From positions 1 through 64,000 of the IMG/VR virus record IMGVR_UViG_3300028115_001312: a DNA stretch of 64,000 bases; one strand, written 5' to 3'. The notes under the pieces were generated by a model. That model was not told the DNA's origin. It saw only the letters and a program-made list of their open reading frames with translations, and made no database searches. Of the stretch, positions 1-9,005 are shown piece by piece. How positions within the stretch are numbered: position 1 is the stretch's first letter; every line of letters starts with the position of its first letter. The stretch comes from an uncultured virus (IMG/VR IMGVR_UViG_3300028115_001312). Lineage: Duplodnaviria > Heunggongvirae > Uroviricota > Caudoviricetes. The position numbers and the translations under genes were made by a program.

Positions 1-1177
1 TAGCACTATCAATCATATCAAATGCTTTATCAGGTAATCTTTTATCAGTGAGATAACGTACACTTAAATCTACTGCATATTCAATTGCTTCTGCAGTAAT
101 TGTGCAACTGTGAAATTCTTCATAATATTTTGCACTGTTTTTTAGTATTTCTTTTGCAAGTTTAGGTGTAGGCTCATCAACAGTTATGTGATAAAAACGT
201 CTCATTAATGCACGATCTTTTTCAAAACTCTGATTATATTCTTCCCAGGTAGTACTTGCAATTACTTTAAGTTTGCCTCTTCCTAGATATGGCTTTAACA
301 TATTTGCAAAATCTGTACCACCATTACCGCCAGAGCCTGCACCTTTAAGTGTATGTGCTTCGTCTATAAACAATATACATTTTGTTTTTTGTATTAGAGC
401 CTCAAGCACTTCTTTTACACGTTCTTCAAACTGTCCTCTGTACTGTGTACCTGCCAACATATTTGCTACATCAAGGTTGTAAACAGTATGGTCATACAAA
501 TATTCTGGAACTTGTTTGTTTACAATTTTTACTGCAAGTCCTTCTGCGACTGCAGTTTTACCAACTCCAGGATCACCAACCATTAGTACATTGCTTTTAT
601 TTCGTCTTGCAAATGTTTGTGTAATATCATCTATTACATCGTCTCTGCCAACAACAGGATCAAGTTTATTTTCTTCAGCAGCCTTGTTTAAATCTTCACA
701 AAATTCATTTACAATACCATTTAAATATTGCTGCTGTTGTCTACTAATTGCACTGTTTCTATCATTCTTTTTTACAAAGTCTAAAAATTCATCTCTTTCG
801 ATGTTATACTTCATTAAAAAATAACTACTGTAACTACTGTTCTCTTGCATTAGACTTACGAATATATCAACAATTTGTACTTGATCTCTGCCACTAAAAA
901 GAACACTTGTTAATGATCTGTTGAAAACACGTTCTAAACTTTGTGTTTTTACAGGATTGCTATTTGTATATTTGCCATATTGGTTTACAATGTGACTTTC
1001 TAAATCAAGACTCATCTCTTCTAATTGTACACCAAATTTTAATAGTAACTTTGAAAATTGATTATTTTTAAGAATAGCCAGCAACATATGCTCAGTGCTT
1101 ATATAAGAATGACCATACTTAGATGCAATATCTGTTGCAATTTTTAAAACTTTATCAACTTCTTTTGATGTTTTCAT
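1..1177 (-). CDS. clpA: ClpA-type AAA+ chaperone/unfoldase, N-terminal part (runs off window start)
   Basis: Missing from the ORF track. Manual translation from ATG 1177 gives MKTSKEVDKVL..TEHMLLAIL (Clp N domain), LDPVVGRD, Walker A GDPGVGKT, GTQYRGQFEER, Walker B LFIDEAH, DRALMRRF, RLPDKAFD. Confidence 0.9.
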   Translation of the reverse strand, partial: MKTSKEVDKVLKIATDIASKYGHSYISTEHMLLAILKNNQFSKLLLKFGVQLEEMSLDLESHIVNQYGKYTNSNPVKTQSLERVFNRSLTSVLFSGRDQVQIVDIFVSLMQENSSYSSYFLMKYNIERDEFLDFVKKNDRNSAISRQQQQYLNGIVNEFCEDLNKAAEENKLDPVVGRDDVIDDITQTFARRNKSNVLMVGDPGVGKTAVAEGLAVKIVNKQVPEYLYDHTVYNLDVANMLAGTQYRGQFEERVKEVLEALIQKTKCILFIDEAHTLKGAGSGGNGGTDFANMLKPYLGRGKLKVIASTTWEEYNQSFEKDRALMRRFYHITVDEPTPKLAKEILKNSAKYYEEFHSCTITAEAIEYAVDLSVRYLTDKRLPDKAFDMIDSA

Positions 1178-1987
1178 TTATTCGTCTCTTAGTTTCTTGC
1201 ATATATTTAATTGTTGTTCTGATAAATTTTCTGGTATTTTTACAAGTACTTGTACAAGTAAATCACCTCTACTGTCTTTTTTATTATACATTCCATAATT
1301 AGGTAGTTTCAGTATTGTACCAAATTGTGTACCTGCAGGAATATTTAAATTTAATAACTTTTTATCAATTGTTGTAACTTGCACAACAGTACCTATTATA
1401 GCATTCCATGCGTTTATTGTCAAGTGTATTTTGAGATTATCGCCTTCTCTAATGAACACATCGTCTGGAATAATTTTTACAGTAACAGTTAAATCACCCT
1501 GTGGAAGATCAGGATATCTTAAATCTCCTAGGCCTTTATATTTTATTTTTGTACCATCATTAACACTACGAGGTATTTTTAAATTTACTAAATGTCTTGT
1601 ACCATTTGTATGTTTAATACTAACAGTTTTTTCTTGTTCGCTAAAACTTTCTTCTAGTGTGCAATCTATAACAATGCCCAAATTTTTATTTGTTTTTGTT
1701 CTTGTATATTCTCTCTTACTAGGATGAAATCCTGCACTTCCAAACACAGTAAACATATCATCGAAAATATCATTTGTTTTTAGTGTATGTTGTCTAGCAT
1801 TATGCATATCAAATCTTGCACGTTTATGTGGATCTTTAAGGACGTCATATGCTTCACTTATTTCGTGAAACTTTTGTTCATCACCACCTGTATCAGGATG
1901 AAATTCTTTCGCTAGTGTACGATATGCTTTTGTAATATCTTGCGGACTGCAATCAGTTTTTAGTCCTAATACATCATAATAGTTCAT
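1178..1987 (-). CDS. DnaJ/CbpA-type co-chaperone (J domain + C-terminal domain, no Zn finger)
   Basis: NYYDVLG, HPD motif, AYDVLKDP, GDLTVTV, IPAGTQ. Confidence 0.9.
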   Translation of the reverse strand: MNYYDVLGLKTDCSPQDITKAYRTLAKEFHPDTGGDEQKFHEISEAYDVLKDPHKRARFDMHNARQHTLKTNDIFDDMFTVFGSAGFHPSKREYTRTKTNKNLGIVIDCTLEESFSEQEKTVSIKHTNGTRHLVNLKIPRSVNDGTKIKYKGLGDLRYPDLPQGDLTVTVKIIPDDVFIREGDNLKIHLTINAWNAIIGTVVQVTTIDKKLLNLNIPAGTQFGTILKLPNYGMYNKKDSRGDLLVQVLVKIPENLSEQQLNICKKLRDE

Positions 1988-2025
1988 ATGTCTATTTACG
2001 TCATATTAGGACTATAGATAAATTT

Positions 2026-2358
2026 TTACTTTTTCTTAGTATTGCCTACTGCTTGTGCACCAAAAAATGCAGCTACAATAGCAGCAACAGAAACAAAATA
2101 TACTGCAGCCATGTCACCTAATATCTTAGCAGCTTGATCCATGCCAATTATATTTGCTATTAGTACTATTGCAGGATACAACAACATACCAAACAGTGCA
2201 AACCATGCCATGCTACGTTGTGCATCACGCATAGCATCTGCATCTTCTAGTTCTTTGCGTTTGAACTCTAAGTACATTGCCTGTTCTTCTTCGGTTACTT
2301 TTCCGTCACCGTTTGTATCTGCAGGATGAAAACCTGCTTGTTTAATTTCTTCAGCCAT
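2026..2358 (-). CDS. Small membrane protein with EF-hand-like loop (possibly holin-like)
   Basis: DTNGDGKVTEEE EF-hand pattern followed by two hydrophobic helices and a basic C-terminus. Confidence 0.55.
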   Translation of the reverse strand: MAEEIKQAGFHPADTNGDGKVTEEEQAMYLEFKRKELEDADAMRDAQRSMAWFALFGMLLYPAIVLIANIIGMDQAAKILGDMAAVYFVSVAAIVAAFFGAQAVGNTKKK

Positions 2359-2638
2359 TATTTCTCTCCTCTAATTCTTGAATTCTGGCTTCAAGTTCGT
2401 CAATTTTATTTGTTATCTTAGGATATTTTATACGCCAAGCATTTGGATCATTCTGTAGCCAAGTCCAGCCCCAACGTATTGCAAGATATTCTAGTGTAGC
2501 ATCAAACTTTTGTACACCCCATGTAGCCATACGTGTGTCTTTAAACCAAAATAAAAATGCAGCTCCAAATAATGATCCAACTATTGCAGTATAGATCCAT
2601 AGACGGTCATCTGCCATCCTTTCTATCATTTCCCACAT
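2351..2638 (-). CDS. Hypothetical membrane-anchored protein
   Basis: One N-terminal TM helix and a C-terminal coiled coil; overlaps both neighbours. Confidence 0.6.
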   Translation of the reverse strand: MWEMIERMADDRLWIYTAIVGSLFGAAFLFWFKDTRMATWGVQKFDATLEYLAIRWGWTWLQNDPNAWRIKYPKITNKIDELEARIQELEERNNG

Positions 2639-3428
2639 TCTCTCTACTCCTATATACCATTCGTTCTACAGTATCATCTCTATCGACTACTGGTTCTAAC
2701 TTTGTATTTAACTTATATGCAGTACAAACCCAGTTTATAACTCCGTGTTTTGGCCCAAATATATCATCTGTATTATTTTTTTGATTGTTTTTATTATATG
2801 TGCTTACAGGAAACCAATACATACTGTAATTGCAACTTTTTAAAAAGTCATAAGTTTCAGCATATGTTGTTTCGTCTTGCATTTCTATTAGCATGTCTGG
2901 TTTATGTGTATGTAAAATATTACGCATTCCTACTAACACTTTTAATTCTTGACCTTCTACATCAATTTTAACCAGATCAACTTTGGGTAATCCTAGTATA
3001 TCAAGTGGTGCAGATTTTATACCTGTGCCTTGTACTACTTTTGTTTTTCCGTAATCGAATTCTGTATCAACTTCTACTAAAGTATCACCTATTGCCATTT
3101 TAGTGGCAGTAACATTTTTTCTTAATGCACACATGCCTGCTACATTTTTTGATAACAAATCAAAATTAGCATCGTCAGGTTCAAATGCTAGTACTCGTTC
3201 TACATTGTAACTAAGTGGGATTGTATGTGTACCTATATTTGCACCTATATCAACGAACCATGTATTTTTTTTAGATAGGCTTTTAAGTAATTCTATTTCT
3301 GCTTGACAGTACTCGCCGTATAAATCTAAACTACGTCCTATTGTAGGATCGTCTATATAGATTAACATTTTACCACTTATTGTGTCAGTCAGTTTTGATT
3401 GTAGATTTATCTTTTTCGTTTGTTTCAT
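2607..3428 (-). CDS. FkbM-family SAM-dependent methyltransferase
   Basis: DIGANIGTH, AFEP, KIDVEGQE motifs. Confidence 0.88.
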   Translation of the reverse strand: MKQTKKINLQSKLTDTISGKMLIYIDDPTIGRSLDLYGEYCQAEIELLKSLSKKNTWFVDIGANIGTHTIPLSYNVERVLAFEPDDANFDLLSKNVAGMCALRKNVTATKMAIGDTLVEVDTEFDYGKTKVVQGTGIKSAPLDILGLPKVDLVKIDVEGQELKVLVGMRNILHTHKPDMLIEMQDETTYAETYDFLKSCNYSMYWFPVSTYNKNNQKNNTDDIFGPKHGVINWVCTAYKLNTKLEPVVDRDDTVERMVYRSRENVGNDRKDGR

Positions 3429-3810
3429 CCGGTGTCATTGCTTTTTCATAATAGACTATAATCTCATTTTGTTGATTTATGAAACGTCTTAGTTCACTTA
3501 TATTAAGTGCTAGGTTTTCGTATGTGTCAATGCTTAGTGCAACAAAGGCTAGTTCACCATTTTGCTCTGTGAACTCAGCAATAAACGCTTCCAGATTACC
3601 TTTGTTTACAACATATACTTGTGTATCTGTAAGGTTAATCGGCTTTGGTCTGGCTACTATCGGTACTGTCACTTTTTGTACTTGTGTCACTACCTTCACT
3701 TCCGGTTCCGGTTTTAGACCGCTGCAACCAGAAAGGAAGATCGCTAGTACTGCCAGTATTGTTGCCAGTTTCGCCCATGATTTCACGCCACAGTTTAGCT
3801 GTTGCACCAT
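3385..3810 (-). CDS. Outer-membrane lipoprotein, o-spanin (Rz1-like); likely GTG start at 3786
   Basis: Hydrophobic signal ending in lipobox LSGC; overlaps the 3' end of the upstream i-spanin in another frame. Confidence 0.7.
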   Translation of the reverse strand: MVQQLNCGVKSWAKLATILAVLAIFLSGCSGLKPEPEVKVVTQVQKVTVPIVARPKPINLTDTQVYVVNKGNLEAFIAEFTEQNGELAFVALSIDTYENLALNISELRRFINQQNEIIVYYEKAMTPDETNEKDKSTIKTD

Positions 3811-4135
3811 TCATACGTCCTTCTAAATTTTTAGCATTTGAAATAGCATCTGCTAGTAGATCAAGTTTCCTTAATCTATTTCTTAGATCGTCTCCATATG
3901 CTTCTGCTTTTTGTAATTGTACTTGTAAATTTTTACTAAGCTCTGCATTCTTTGCTGCTTCACTTTTTAATAAATTTACACTTTTTTCACTTTGTTCAAT
4001 TGCTACTTCTAGTTTAGCATTATTTTCAGATAGAGTTTGTATTCTTTGTTGTGTACTTGTATAGTACCCGTAGGCGCCGTAACCAACGCCTCCTAGTACA
4101 CCTAAAAGTAATAAAACAAGATACAGTCTAGCCAT
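3635..4135 (-). CDS. Inner-membrane spanin (Rz-like)
   Basis: N-terminal TM helix then long coiled coil; lies between endolysin and lipoprotein. Confidence 0.7.
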   Translation of the reverse strand: MARLYLVLLLLGVLGGVGYGAYGYYTSTQQRIQTLSENNAKLEVAIEQSEKSVNLLKSEAAKNAELSKNLQVQLQKAEAYGDDLRNRLRKLDLLADAISNAKNLEGRMNGATAKLWREIMGETGNNTGSTSDLPFWLQRSKTGTGSEGSDTSTKSDSTDSSQTKAD

Positions 4136-4299
4136 TATTCACTCTTGTAAATTGTCCAAGCACCATAACCTATTGCGATGTAAGCTGCAAGTTTTGCAAA
4201 CGGACCTGCAATTAAAACTATTAGACCTAAGCCTATTAGCATAGCACCGTCCCAGGTTGTTCTTTCTTCTAATCTACTTGTAATAAATTTCTTAATCAT
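4135..4299 (-). CDS. Small two-TM protein, possible holin
   Basis: AAGGAG SD before ATG 4299 (MIKKFITSRLEERTTWDG..); two hydrophobic segments; lysis context. Confidence 0.5.
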   Translation of the reverse strand: MIKKFITSRLEERTTWDGAMLIGLGLIVLIAGPFAKLAAYIAIGYGAWTIYKSE

Positions 4300-4465
4300 C
4301 TGAATCTCCTTTATTACATTTTTCACAACTACAACTTTCGCAAGCCTTGTAGAAGTTATTGCCATCTTGTGGATAGCCTTTATTTTCTAGCCATAGCGGT
4401 TGTCCGCAATGACTATAATGTCCACAAACTACACAACTTGTTGATTTGTAATTTTCTACTGTCAA
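4292..4465 (-). CDS. Small Cys-rich (Zn-binding) protein, 57 aa
   Basis: Manual translation from TTG: MTVENYKSTSCVVCGHYSHCGQP..CESCSCEKC; fills the gap between neighbours. Confidence 0.55.
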   Translation of the reverse strand: MTVENYKSTSCVVCGHYSHCGQPLWLENKGYPQDGNNFYKACESCSCEKCNKGDSDD

Positions 4466-4466
4466 A

Positions 4467-4715
4467 TTATGTCCAACTTTTGTTTATATTAGGACCACTT
4501 ATTGTTAAGTAATATTTGTTACCTGCATCATTAATGCCGTGTTTAATAGTGTGGCCTTTAGGAATACGACTGCTAACATCACGCATAATATATCCGTGTG
4601 CGTCATCCCACCCATGTGCCATTGTTCTATCTTTACTTGCCCACCATGTATCAATATCACTTTCTGACATTGCTTCACTGTATGGGTCTACTGGTGTATC
4701 GAATGCGAATCCCAA
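4467..4715 (-). CDS. Hypothetical protein
   Basis: AGGAG SD upstream; tight packing with neighbours. Confidence 0.55.
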   Translation of the reverse strand: MGFAFDTPVDPYSEAMSESDIDTWWASKDRTMAHGWDDAHGYIMRDVSSRIPKGHTIKHGINDAGNKYYLTISGPNINKSWT

Positions 4716-4725
4716 CTTTTTTCTC

Positions 4726-5250
4726 CTAAATCATGTTAAGTGCTAGTTCTGTAGTTTCATCTACTCGTCGAGTCCATCCTCTGCCAAATGTTTCAAATGT
4801 GCTAAGACTTTCATAGTATTCCTGTCTTGCTTGTTGAAAATTTGTTATGGTATCTGTTAATCCGTTTTCTTCTATATATTCATCTAATTTTTTAAGTGTG
4901 TTTGGACCAATGCCTCCGTCTGCAACTGTACCAATCATTGTTTGTAAGTATTTTGCACTACGTCCTGTACCTGCATTAACACCAAAATCAAAAACACATA
5001 AATCTAATCCTGCTGGTAATTGATCACCTTTCACTCTATCCCAATAGTTCTTTTTGTAAATTGGTGCAACATCTTCAACAATAAGATCACGCATATCTTT
5101 TTGTTCTATATCTTGTTCAGCACACCATGCTTCATAAACTTTTAGTGTAACACCTAAGTTAGTTTCACCACCTGGATCGCTTGGATGATTTACATATCCA
5201 CCTTCATGATGTAGTATTGTTTCTATACATTTATCGTAATTTTCTTGCAT
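4726..5250 (-). CDS. Glycoside hydrolase family 108 endolysin with peptidoglycan-binding domain
   Basis: HEGGYVNHPSDPGGETNLGVT, FDFGVNAG, ADGGIGPNT, FGRGWTRR. Confidence 0.92.
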   Translation of the reverse strand: MQENYDKCIETILHHEGGYVNHPSDPGGETNLGVTLKVYEAWCAEQDIEQKDMRDLIVEDVAPIYKKNYWDRVKGDQLPAGLDLCVFDFGVNAGTGRSAKYLQTMIGTVADGGIGPNTLKKLDEYIEENGLTDTITNFQQARQEYYESLSTFETFGRGWTRRVDETTELALNMI

Positions 5251-5253
5251 TGA

Positions 5254-5793
5254 CTATCTCTCTTTTGGTTGGTAAGGTTTGAATTGTTCTATATCGCCTT
5301 TGCTTCTTGGCACTCTTGCACTGTTTAGAATACTTTCCATTGTTGCTACTGCACGTTTAGCATCTCTATATTTTTTAGGACTAAGTGGAATAGATGATGC
5401 CAACTGTGTTTGTGTTAGAGGAAGTGTTGCATTTTTTCTACTTTCAGGTCTATCAAAATACATAAACTGCCAGTTTTCTACATCTGTAATATTTTTAAGA
5501 TCTTCAATTAGACCCATAAACTTTGCAGGATAATGTGTTCTACGTTCTGCTTCAACGAATACAATATACTTGCCTTCGCTTATTTCACCAGCACTAGTTT
5601 CTGCATCTATTACCCAGTCATATCCTTTTTCAATAAAACTTTCAAGATCCATTGCAGGTTGTTTACCAAACACTTTGAATGTTGCAACTATAATTGCATC
5701 ATCAGTTCCCATCTTAGGCTTGTATTCATCAAAGTGTACAGTTTCCTCAATACGACCTTCTAAATCCTGTTCATCAAGTGGCATCAAATTCAT
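5254..5793 (-). CDS. Hypothetical phage protein
   Basis: 179 aa ORF with typical codon usage, overlapping upstream gene. Confidence 0.7.
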   Translation of the reverse strand: MNLMPLDEQDLEGRIEETVHFDEYKPKMGTDDAIIVATFKVFGKQPAMDLESFIEKGYDWVIDAETSAGEISEGKYIVFVEAERRTHYPAKFMGLIEDLKNITDVENWQFMYFDRPESRKNATLPLTQTQLASSIPLSPKKYRDAKRAVATMESILNSARVPRSKGDIEQFKPYQPKER

Positions 5794-6301
5794 CCTTGTC
5801 TTTATTCAAGTTTGTTAGTTCTGCTTGATCTAAGCCTTCTTCATATGCATCATCAATTTCAGAAACGTCTATTTCTTTACCTTCAATGTCCATATATCCA
5901 TCACGAAATTCTTTTATAAGTTCAATAGGTAATTTAATATTTACTAGCCAAACTGGATCTTCACGTAACTTAGGCTTCTTAGTTCCAGGTCTAAAGTCAC
6001 TGTAATCTTCTACTTTAACTGGTGTAGCAACTGTACTTTCTCTGTATGTAACTTTTGCATTGTACCCAAGCAAACGTTTTGCCCCGTCAGGATCTGGCAT
6101 AAGTTTCTTAGGCCACATAAAGGTTGCTTCAACCCAATGCTTCTTACGTATAGGGCCTTCTACTAGTTCACCTTTTTTCCAATTTTTAAAAGCATATATG
6201 TCTAAACTATCTACAACACGTTCAATGTCCATCATAGTTTCTAGACTGCTCTCACTCATGTAAATACTTTTAGTATTTTTGATAATATCAACTATATCCA
6301 T
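5774..6301 (-). CDS. Hypothetical phage protein
   Basis: 175 aa ORF, translationally coupled (TAATG) to upstream gene. Confidence 0.7.
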   Translation of the reverse strand: MDIVDIIKNTKSIYMSESSLETMMDIERVVDSLDIYAFKNWKKGELVEGPIRKKHWVEATFMWPKKLMPDPDGAKRLLGYNAKVTYRESTVATPVKVEDYSDFRPGTKKPKLREDPVWLVNIKLPIELIKEFRDGYMDIEGKEIDVSEIDDAYEEGLDQAELTNLNKDKDEFDAT

Positions 6302-6987
6302 TACACAATCCTATCATATAACATATTTATCCATTCTATATGTGCAGACTCTTTAGGATGAGTTGTATAAAACTCCTGTTTTGTACGTTTTGCCCAGGTA
6401 AACATTCCTTCCTGGTCAATAAATTTTGACATATCTATATCAGCAATAAGTGTTTTAAGTGTTGTGTCTAATACTAATTGCGACTTAAAAATTGTATGAT
6501 CTACTGTCATAAAAACATATCTGATGTTATGTTTGATAAGATAATTTTGTAACATAACAATTTCACACCAGCTATTATATATTTCCCAATATGGGTCAAT
6601 TGCTATATTTTTGACATAATTGCCTACAAATTCTGTAATACCTTTAGAGTCTGCATTATCTGTATGTGTTTGATTTGTAAATGTTGGAGGTGTAAAAGGA
6701 TTAATACTATACCAAGGACTTTCACGTTGTCCTGTATCGTATGCAAATCTAAACTCATAACGATTAGGAAAACTCCACATAACTGCTACATAAATATCTA
6801 AGTCTTTATATTGATTTACTGCATTCATGACATTACGTCTAATAGCACTATTAGAGTAACCAGGTTTTGCAGTATTACAAATATTCCAACCTTTTCGTTT
6901 TGCTAGTAAATTTGCCCAGGTATGTTCTTGGCTTGGTAGTTCACTACCATATGTAAAACTATCTCCGCCTGCTATTAATACTGTCAT
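6301..6987 (-). CDS. SGNH/GDSL hydrolase-like protein
   Basis: GDSFTYG block I, G-x-SN block, C-terminal HP. Confidence 0.7.
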   Translation of the reverse strand: MTVLIAGGDSFTYGSELPSQEHTWANLLAKRKGWNICNTAKPGYSNSAIRRNVMNAVNQYKDLDIYVAVMWSFPNRYEFRFAYDTGQRESPWYSINPFTPPTFTNQTHTDNADSKGITEFVGNYVKNIAIDPYWEIYNSWCEIVMLQNYLIKHNIRYVFMTVDHTIFKSQLVLDTTLKTLIADIDMSKFIDQEGMFTWAKRTKQEFYTTHPKESAHIEWINMLYDRIV

Positions 6988-7736
6988 ATTTTAAAGATAT
7001 TATCCTTGTTTGCATTATCTAGAATTTCTCTTGTACGATCTGTCTTTAGTCCAGTCATTTGTAATACTGCTCGTGGATGACTACTAGCATTAGCAGTACA
7101 ATGTGGAACATTACTCCAATCAAATACATGTACCTCTCCGGCACGCCATCGATCGTACATACAGTTTCCGTACATATAAAAATGTCCAGGTTGCCAGTCA
7201 TCTAACATAATAGTTATTCGTACTACACGTTCTGGATCGTCTGGACATCTGTCCCATAATTTATCAATGTGCTTGTTAAACATTTGTCCAGTCATTTGTA
7301 TATGTGCTTGCCACTTTACTAAACTAACACCATCACTTGTAAGTTTAAAGTAATCCATCATTTTATATAATGTTGGATAATCTGACCAATCTGAAAAACT
7401 ATTTTTGTTAGTAAGAATTAATCCTTTTGGATCCCCGCCTGCTTGAGCAATATCATATTCTTCCTGAGTAAGCATTTCAGGATCTTTTTTCTTTTGTGCA
7501 AAATGTTTACGTGTTGACCAGTTTACAGGATGTGTTGCTTTGACAAGTCTATCACGTTCCGCTTTCCAATCTCCTTCGAATCTACCAATCACTTCAAACC
7601 AATCACCTGGTTGGTCTTGTATAGTGTCATCAAAATGGTAATCACTATGTGCAACAGTCCAATCCCAACTACTGGCATAGTCGTTAGGATCATCAAGTTT
7701 TTTGTTTACAAATTTTCTCATAATAAGTACATCCAA
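6984..7736 (-). CDS. 2OG/Fe(II) oxygenase, Asp/Asn beta-hydroxylase-like
   Basis: HID ... PHCTAN ... R facial-triad pattern in a DSBH-like C-terminal half. Confidence 0.6.
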   Translation of the reverse strand: MDVLIMRKFVNKKLDDPNDYASSWDWTVAHSDYHFDDTIQDQPGDWFEVIGRFEGDWKAERDRLVKATHPVNWSTRKHFAQKKKDPEMLTQEEYDIAQAGGDPKGLILTNKNSFSDWSDYPTLYKMMDYFKLTSDGVSLVKWQAHIQMTGQMFNKHIDKLWDRCPDDPERVVRITIMLDDWQPGHFYMYGNCMYDRWRAGEVHVFDWSNVPHCTANASSHPRAVLQMTGLKTDRTREILDNANKDNIFKI

Positions 7737-7990
7737 ATTAACATAGGAACTATTATCGCAAACTGTGGTAAAAAGTTAAGAATAATTGCACGTTCATTCC
7801 ATTTAAAACCAACATAAATCCACCCACTAGCACCTATCATTTGCAGTATGCTATTCCATGGAGTTACGCCTGCGACATGCAGTATCATAGCAATAAGTAT
7901 GACCACTGCACTCGCATATTTAACGTAAACTACGATGCCACTATTATTTTTGGGCAAGTAATGTATCCTTATACACAGCTTTAATTCCAA
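7718..7990 (-). CDS. Small multi-TM membrane protein downstream of tctC-like gene
   Basis: About three hydrophobic segments; start codon uncertain. Confidence 0.55.
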   Translation of the reverse strand: MELKLCIRIHYLPKNNSGIVVYVKYASAVVILIAMILHVAGVTPWNSILQMIGASGWIYVGFKWNERAIILNFLPQFAIIVPMLIWMYLL

Positions 7991-9005
7991 ATGCTTCGTT
8001 ATTAAACTTCACAAGTGTACTTAATGCTTCAGGTGTAATAAGTTTCATCAGTGTATCTCTATGAGCATCACCGGCATTGCCAATTAGCCATTGATACTTG
8101 CCAACTTTCTTTTCTACTGCACTGACACTTTCAGGATTTGTAGCAACTTGTTTTAATGCTGCGATTAGTTTCGCTTTATTTGGATTTCCTTTTCCAACCC
8201 ATAGTGCTTTTTGCATACCATCACGGAAACTTTTTACAAGTTTATAGGCGGCATATAAATCACCTTCTGGTTTTGTTCTATTTGCTGCATAGAATAATTG
8301 CTCCATTTGATATCCTGGATAATTTGGATCATCAGCATGTGAACCATCTGCTTGTAGTATCCCATGGTGAAACCATAATCCTGCAACGCCTTGTTCAATA
8401 GTAGGTTGAACATGTTTTTTAAAAGCAGCTGGATTTTCTCTAGTACCGTCTAGTTCGCCACGTTTAAATGCTAAACGTCTTTCGCCACCTGACATACCTT
8501 TTACCCAGTTTACTTTACGTTTGAAACAGTCAATGTATTGTTCTGTAGTAAGTCCTGCTCCACACTTTAGTAATGTCATTGCAATGCCTTCTGGAATCAT
8601 TCCACTACCAGCAGCAAAAGCAGTTTTCTTTCCACCGTATGGATTATGATCCTTACGTGATGCAACAATAATATTTAGATTCATTAATCCTACACTTTCA
8701 TAGTCGGCATAGTTGTAATCTACCTTTTCGTTTAAGAAACTTACACCATTACCACCATGAGATACCATTATTGTTTTTGGATCATTTTGGAGTTCATTGT
8801 GAAACTTGTTGAATCCAGGAATGTCTCTAGCACCTCTAATGTGTTTGATAACAATCTTTTCATCTAAATATTTTTCCATTTCTGTAGCCACGATCTGTGC
8901 CCACACACTTGTACCTCCTCCTGGCTTTTGTGGTACTATCATTGTATAATCAGCAAGTGCTGGTGTACTAAGCATTAAAAATAATGCAATTAAAAATTTA
9001 CGCAT
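7944..9005 (-). CDS. tctC: Tripartite tricarboxylate transporter substrate-binding protein (TctC/Bug-like)
   Basis: Signal peptide (PALA|D), IVPQKPGGGTS resembling the Bug IVPF.PGG.TD motif, GELDG; adjacent to TctA. Confidence 0.7.
   Translation of the reverse strand: MRKFLIALFLMLSTPALADYTMIVPQKPGGGTSVWAQIVATEMEKYLDEKIVIKHIRGARDIPGFNKFHNELQNDPKTIMVSHGGNGVSFLNEKVDYNYADYESVGLMNLNIIVASRKDHNPYGGKKTAFAAGSGMIPEGIAMTLLKCGAGLTTEQYIDCFKRKVNWVKGMSGGERRLAFKRGELDGTRENPAAFKKHVQPTIEQGVAGLWFHHGILQADGSHADDPNYPGYQMEQLFYAANRTKPEGDLYAAYKLVKSFRDGMQKALWVGKGNPNKAKLIAALKQVATNPESVSAVEKKVGKYQWLIGNAGDAHRDTLMKLITPEALSTLVKFNNEAFGIKAVYKDTLLAQK

Noticed and set aside
273..824. Plus-strand ORFs of 69-102 aa
   Set aside because: Antisense shadows of the clpA-like gene.
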